Assembly: GCA_041662745.1 (NCBI GenBank)
Contig: JBAZRV010000007.1
Coordinates: 2,028-34,027, forward strand
DNA from: Patescibacteria group bacterium
Lineage (GTDB): Bacteria > Patescibacteriota > Patescibacteriia > 2-01-FULL-39-33
Reading direction: 5' to 3'
Length of the DNA: 32,000 nucleotides
In this document: positions 27,349-32,000 of the stretch, piece after piece
How the letters are laid out: each line of letters opens with the position of its first letter
Numbering within the stretch: the stretch's first letter is position 1
Notes under the pieces: model-generated
Databases searched by the model: none
Told to the model about the DNA's origin: nothing
Seen by the model: only the letters and a program-made list of their open reading frames with translations
Position numbers and translations under genes: made by a program

Positions 27349-27370
27349 AAACCCCGAACTAACGGGGTTT
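27349..27370 (-). terminator. Terminator-like hairpin downstream of the 27396 gene
   Basis: AAACCCCG-aactaa-CGGGGTTT; U-containing tract on the minus strand. Confidence 0.65.
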
Positions 27371-27395
27371 GAAGGAATACTAAAAATGATGATTA

Positions 27396-28460
27396 TTACG
27401 GAACAACGGTAATATATTCAGAATAAGTATTGTTGTTTTCATTTACCTCCGCTAATTCGCTCGGCTCATCCGCCTTAGCGGTAAAGGTTTTCTTACCGCT
27501 GGCGATAAATTTGCCATTATAGGTTATCTCAAAAATCTGGCTGGTGCCAAGCGGTCTGGAGGCGGAAGGGTAATCGCCGTGATTTATAGTAGCCACGGTA
27601 AAATCTTGCCCGATAAAAGAAATATTACGCAGACCGGCCGAGGTCGTCAAAGCCGAACCGGTATTCTTAATTTGCAACACGACGTTATAATTGGTATTGA
27701 CTTTAGGCTGCGAAGTGGGGAAAACAATATCGTAAACTATTAAATCTGGCTTAGTCGGAGAAACCGGGGTTAAATTGTAAACCAAACTGTAGAGGATGGA
27801 CAAACCGCGTTCAGCCGCCGTAACCGAAGTCTTACCGCTAGCATAAGTCATGGTAGTCGGAACATCTTTGATAATTGAGCTTTCCTTATAACCATTAGCT
27901 TCAAAGCCGGCAGCGGTGACCTTTCTCTTGGCGCCGGCATCAATCAAATAAATGTCTTTAGAACCAACATACTGGATTAAAGAACCGTCGGGCAACTTGG
28001 AAACGGAAGTAAGAATGCAAGAATTGTCTCTGATATAATCCGTCTCAAAAGAACTTTGAATGATAATGGTACGCGACTGCCAATTATCTCCATACAGAGC
28101 GCGAACCTCGCACAGCACGCCGCCGGGAGTAACAGCAAAAACTTTGTTGCTGTTATCAAACTGCGCCAGATTGCTGCCCGGCCTGACTATGACATTCTTG
28201 CCATTATCAATCTGATCAAATTCATCTTGAGTAACAATTTTAATTTTTTGATCCGACCAACCGCCGCTGTACCAAGTAAAAAAGGTGGCTTGATTGGAGA
28301 ATAAATGACGCTTCAAATCATCATCAATAATATAAACCGCCGGACTGGACGCGGTTTTAATCAAATCGCCGGACATCGGTAAATAAGCGGCTCTCGCCGG
28401 CTTGCCGCTGCCGCCGACAATAATCAGGGCAATAGCTAAAATTAAAAATATTTTTTTCAT
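27396..28460 (-). CDS. Secreted/surface protein with signal peptide, two related N-terminal repeats and a CARDB-like domain
   Basis: MKKIFLILAIALIIVGGSGKPARA signal; GDLIKTASSPAVYIIDDDLKRHLF and GSLIQYVGSKDIYLIDAGAKRKVT; PDLIVYDIVFPTSQPKVNTNYNVVLQIKNTG...LAEVNENNNTYS. Confidence 0.85.
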   Translation of the reverse strand: MKKIFLILAIALIIVGGSGKPARAAYLPMSGDLIKTASSPAVYIIDDDLKRHLFSNQATFFTWYSGGWSDQKIKIVTQDEFDQIDNGKNVIVRPGSNLAQFDNSNKVFAVTPGGVLCEVRALYGDNWQSRTIIIQSSFETDYIRDNSCILTSVSKLPDGSLIQYVGSKDIYLIDAGAKRKVTAAGFEANGYKESSIIKDVPTTMTYASGKTSVTAAERGLSILYSLVYNLTPVSPTKPDLIVYDIVFPTSQPKVNTNYNVVLQIKNTGSALTTSAGLRNISFIGQDFTVATINHGDYPSASRPLGTSQIFEITYNGKFIASGKKTFTAKADEPSELAEVNENNNTYSEYITVVP

Positions 28461-28505
28461 ACTGCTGATATTTAACTACTAATAGTATAACATTTGATAT
28501 AAAAA

Positions 28506-28530
28506 ATGCCAAACCCGGCGGGTTTGGCAT
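28506..28530 (-). terminator. Intrinsic terminator of the 28550 gene
   Basis: ATGCCAAACCC-ggc-GGGTTTGGCAT, 11-bp perfect stem followed on the minus strand by TTTTT. Confidence 0.9.
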
Positions 28531-28549
28531 TGAATTCAATGTTCAAAGT

Positions 28550-29206
28550 TTACTTGAGATTAAAGCGACCGGATAACTGCGCCAAACGCGCCAATAGGTA
28601 ATCAAGATTGCATTTTGTTTCGCAACTGTCAATGCCATCATCATCGGCAGGCAAATCCAAAAGGTCAGGTGAGAACCCGCTTTCGTTGGCATTAATCAGG
28701 CTGATTTCCATGGCAGAAAATTGTCCGGTTTCCGACATGGCCTCAGCGATACTTCCGCCATCTTTGACAGAATCATGGATCTTTTCTGCCGCCTCCCGCA
28801 GTGGAGCATCCAATCGTTTTGAACTTTCTTTCAATGCTTGCAAAATAGGTACACCGAGAAAAAGCAACCTGCTTAAAATCTGATAAAAAGATTCATACTG
28901 ATCAGCGCGGGAATAAATCGAGCCGTCGACAATGTAATGCATCGCCAAGGGCATGGTTCCGCCGGTTTCTCCGCTTCTGACAGCGCACACTTCCAGATCT
29001 GAAAACATTGAAGACGCGCTTAAGGCCTTCGAAAAAGACAATCCCCCTCTAACATCTTCAATGATTTTCTTAATACCGCGGTCAAAGTCATTAGTAGCGG
29101 ATAATTGACTGTAAATAACGTTCAATGCTTGCATCAGTGTCAAATTCAAGTCCAATAAATTTGCCAGATCAAACCAAAACATCCGATATTGCATGGCTCG
29201 TGTCAT
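28550..29206 (-). CDS. T2SF/PilC-like protein with two soluble-type F domains, lacking obvious TM helices
   Basis: LDLNLTLMQALNVIYSQ...GGLSFSKALS...VCAVRSGETGGTM and again FYQILSRLLFLGVPILQALKESSK...GGSIAEAMSETGQFSAMEISLINANESG; AAGGAGG upstream. Confidence 0.75.
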   Translation of the reverse strand: MTRAMQYRMFWFDLANLLDLNLTLMQALNVIYSQLSATNDFDRGIKKIIEDVRGGLSFSKALSASSMFSDLEVCAVRSGETGGTMPLAMHYIVDGSIYSRADQYESFYQILSRLLFLGVPILQALKESSKRLDAPLREAAEKIHDSVKDGGSIAEAMSETGQFSAMEISLINANESGFSPDLLDLPADDDGIDSCETKCNLDYLLARLAQLSGRFNLK

Positions 29207-29318
29207 GATTATCCTCCTTTTTGCCCAGCCATAGATTGACGTGGGCGGTTGAAGTTGTAAAGTGCCTGAATTAAAACTAAATCATTCCTCTATAATTGTC
29301 AATAAAGCTATAAAAATA

Positions 29319-30851
29319 CTAAAGTTTATTATTCTGTCGCCAAATAAAACAAAATAACAAAAAATAAAAAATAATCAATGCCGGCAGACCAAAGCCAGCC
29401 AACTCAACAGAACTCAAAGGCAAGGAATCAATTAAACGGGAAACTGTTAGCCAATATTGAACCGCTAACCAAGTCAGCCAACCAATCATTTTTCCAAGAG
29501 CGGGGAAAATTGCTCCCGCAATCGCATTAATCAAACTCAAGATCATTAACGGCGGAATGATCGGCAAGATTAGCAAATTAGCCGGCAGAGACAATAGAGA
29601 CAAACGGCCGAAATAGTATAAAATTAACGGCAGAGTGGAAAGCTGAGCGCTGCCGGTAGTCAAAACTATTTCCTTGATTTGCCAAAATTCCGGCCAATCT
29701 TTAAAATACCGCTTAATGATCGGCAATAAGTAACCCAATCCCAAGACTGAAGCGAAAGATAATTGGAAACCAACGTCATCAAGCAAGGTGAAAGGATTGA
29801 ACAACAGCATAATTGCGGCAGTGCAAGCCAAAATGTTTTTTATTCCGGTCAATCGTCCTAAGGCCGTAGCATAAAGCGCCGCTAACGCCATGATCGCCGA
29901 TCGTACGGCCGAAGCCGGGGCGCCGACCAGAATCACATAGCCGGCAATGATAAAGACCGAAGGCCAAAAAGTTTTCTGGCGCCGGACGCCAAAAGCGATA
30001 AGCAAATTCAAAATAATGGCAAAAACAACAACCAAATGCGAACCGGAAACGGCAATTATATGTGTTAAGCCCAAATTAGCGAATATCACGCCGTAAAATT
30101 CCGGTATGCCGCGGCTATCGCCGAGGATGATGCCTCTGATAATTGAGGCTTGCGGTTCGGATAAGGAGCTGTTAATACCCCGAGTTAGCCAGGATTTCAA
30201 ATGGCCGATATGCCCCAAAACCGACAAGCCGCTTGGCGGAGCCAAGGACTTTACTTCAGCCAAAACACAAGCAACAAAAACCCCATCCTTCCGTAGATAC
30301 CTGGCGTAATCAAAGTCATCAATCATCCCCGGACGGATTAAGCGACAACTGACTGCGACCTTTTCGGCCAATTGCCATTCCGGATATAAATCAGTTTTAA
30401 CCGCTACTCTATCGACTACCGGCCGATTTCTTACTTCTAACGCCGGTGAAAAATCCGGGGTCGCCCTAATTAAATAACCCGCCTTAACTGTCAGCTTCTG
30501 ACTGTCAACGGTTTTATCAACGCGAACAATCCGGCCGATGAATTCCACTGTGGATGAAGCATAACCGCTCAATCTTTCCGGTTGATTATATTTGGGCAAA
30601 GCCGAAACGCAACGCCACCAGCCAAAAATTAAAAAAAATAAAAATAATAAAAAAACAAGCAATTGGCCGTTGGCTTCATTTACCGGCTTTTTGTTCCTGA
30701 TTCCAAAACCCAGAACAAAAACCGAAAACAATACGGTCAACCCCAGACAGAAAAGCCAAAAGGCCGAAAAAATAAAAAAATTACCGAAAAATATTCCGGC
30801 AATAAAAGAGAGACAGGAAAAAAATAATAACTGAGCGCGGCTTAGCGGCAT
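29319..30851 (-). CDS. comEC: ComEC/Rec2-family competence membrane protein, channel domains only
   Basis: GIILGDSRGIPEFYGVIFANLGLTHIIAVSGSHLVVV (competence domain), many TM segments; ends without an MBL domain. Confidence 0.92.
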   Translation of the reverse strand: MPLSRAQLLFFSCLSFIAGIFFGNFFIFSAFWLFCLGLTVLFSVFVLGFGIRNKKPVNEANGQLLVFLLFLFFLIFGWWRCVSALPKYNQPERLSGYASSTVEFIGRIVRVDKTVDSQKLTVKAGYLIRATPDFSPALEVRNRPVVDRVAVKTDLYPEWQLAEKVAVSCRLIRPGMIDDFDYARYLRKDGVFVACVLAEVKSLAPPSGLSVLGHIGHLKSWLTRGINSSLSEPQASIIRGIILGDSRGIPEFYGVIFANLGLTHIIAVSGSHLVVVFAIILNLLIAFGVRRQKTFWPSVFIIAGYVILVGAPASAVRSAIMALAALYATALGRLTGIKNILACTAAIMLLFNPFTLLDDVGFQLSFASVLGLGYLLPIIKRYFKDWPEFWQIKEIVLTTGSAQLSTLPLILYYFGRLSLLSLPANLLILPIIPPLMILSLINAIAGAIFPALGKMIGWLTWLAVQYWLTVSRLIDSLPLSSVELAGFGLPALIIFYFLLFCFIWRQNNKL

Positions 30852-31952
30852 TATTTTCCGGCTTGTTGCTTTAGGTAGGCGCCGACAAAATCATCGATTT
30901 CGCCGCCAAGCACCCGATCGGTATCGGCGGTTTCATAATCAGTGCGATGATCTTTTACCAAACGATAGGGTTGCAAAACATAAGAACGAGCTTGATTGCC
31001 CCATTGAGCTTGACGGTATTCTCCCTTAATTTTCTCCTTCTTTTCTCCGGCCGCTTCCTGATAGTACTGCAACAATTTTGATTTTAAAATCTTTAACGCC
31101 TTATTTTTATTTTGTAACTGCGATCTTTCATTCTGGCATTTAACAGTGATGCCGGTCGGCAAATGGGTCAAACGGACAGCGGAATCAGTTGTATTGACCG
31201 ATTGGCCGCCATGGCCGCCGGCGCGAAAAACATCAACTTTAATATCCTCATCTTTAATTTCCACTGACTCAATTTCCTCAAGTTCGGGCAATACTTCTAC
31301 TAAGGCAAAAGAAGTATGGCGCATTTTTTCTGCGTCAAACGGCGAAATGCGCACTAATCGATGTACTCCCCCCTCAGACTTCAGCCAGCCATAAGCATAA
31401 CGGCCGGTTACCTCTATGGTCGCCGATTTTATTCCAGCCTCTCCGCCGGCCGTTTCATCAATAATCTTAGCCTCAAAGCCGTGGCGCTCGCAAAAACGCA
31501 AATACATCCTTACGAGCATTTGCGCCCAGTCCATCGCATCCACTCCGCCAGTACCGGCATGGACTGAAAGGACGGCATTCTCTTTGTCGTATTTATCAGA
31601 AAATAAAACAGCAAATTCCAAGCGGTCATATTCCGCTTGCAATTGCTGTAACTTAGCTGTTAGCTCGAATTGATGGGCTTCCAGTTCGCCACTACTGTCG
31701 AAAATTTTCGACAACTCTAAAATCTCGGCTAAATTATCAGTCAACTTCTGCCAGATTCCCGCCTCCTTCTTCAAATCATCATATTGCTTGCTTACAACCT
31801 TAGCGGTTTCGGAGTCAGACCAAAAATCAGGTTTTGACATCTTGACCTCTAATCGTTTCAATTCTTTTTCAGTTTGATCGGGGTCAAAGTAACCTCCAGG
31901 TGGCGGCTACCTTGTCTTGCAGCTCTTTAATTTTTAGTAACAAGTCGTTCAT
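30851..31952 (-). CDS. prfB: Peptide chain release factor 2, expressed via +1 programmed frameshift (31952-31887 then 31885-30851)
   Basis: GGQ motif RAGGHGGQSVNTTDSAVRLTHLPTGI; upstream ATG at 31952 reads MNDLLLKIKELQDKVAATWRLL then TGA in CTT TGA C, +1 frame continues DPDQTEKELKRLEVKMSKPDFW. Confidence 0.95.
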
Positions 31953-32000
31953 AAAATTAGGCTATGACCATGCCCAAGATTTTAAAATAATTTTCGTAAT

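Noticed and set aside
1-32000. CRISPR arrays, transposases, integrases, phage genes, tRNA or rRNA genes
   Set aside because: Scanned by eye for regularly spaced repeats, recognisable domains and tRNA-like folds; none found, though a dedicated tRNA/ncRNA scan was not possible

Overview
This window is the ribosomal-protein/str super-operon region of what looks like a reduced-genome Patescibacteria (CPR) bacterium; the taxonomic call is inferred from gene content and absence of rpmD, not from a search. Nearly everything is coded on the minus strand. In minus-strand transcription order, entering at the right edge: prfB with an intact +1 programmed-frameshift start that the ORF track misses, a ComEC-like channel protein, a TM-poor T2SF/PilC-like protein, a CARDB-type secreted protein, a standalone ComEC-like MBL hydrolase, a CheY-like response regulator, ndk, an M50 protease, a GNAT acetyltransferase, rpsL, rpsG, four small uncharacterised ORFs, fusA, valS, a Phd/YefM-like ORF, tuf, rpsJ, rplC-D-W-B, rpsS, rplV, rpsC, rplP, rpmC, rpsQ, rplN, rplX, rplE, rpsN, rpsH, rplF, rplR, rpsE, rplO, secY and adk (partial). 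Plus-strand islands are rpmB (L28, below the ORF-track length cutoff), a DUF2769-like Cys-rich ORF, and two uncharacterised genes with good promoters, Shine-Dalgarno sites and terminators at 14210-14914 and 17867-18172. The strongest candidate for something undescribed is the block between rpsG and fusA. It is a tandemly duplicated two-gene unit encoding four divergent proteins that share a motif around F[DE][ST]xxxAxxW. Each unit ends in a 59-bp element that is 58/59 identical between copies although the genes have diverged strongly. Other notable items are a structured leader with a terminator-like hairpin between rpsJ and rplC, a split ComEC, and several families of repetitive intergenic sequence. 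No CRISPR array, transposase, phage module, tRNA or rRNA was recognised.
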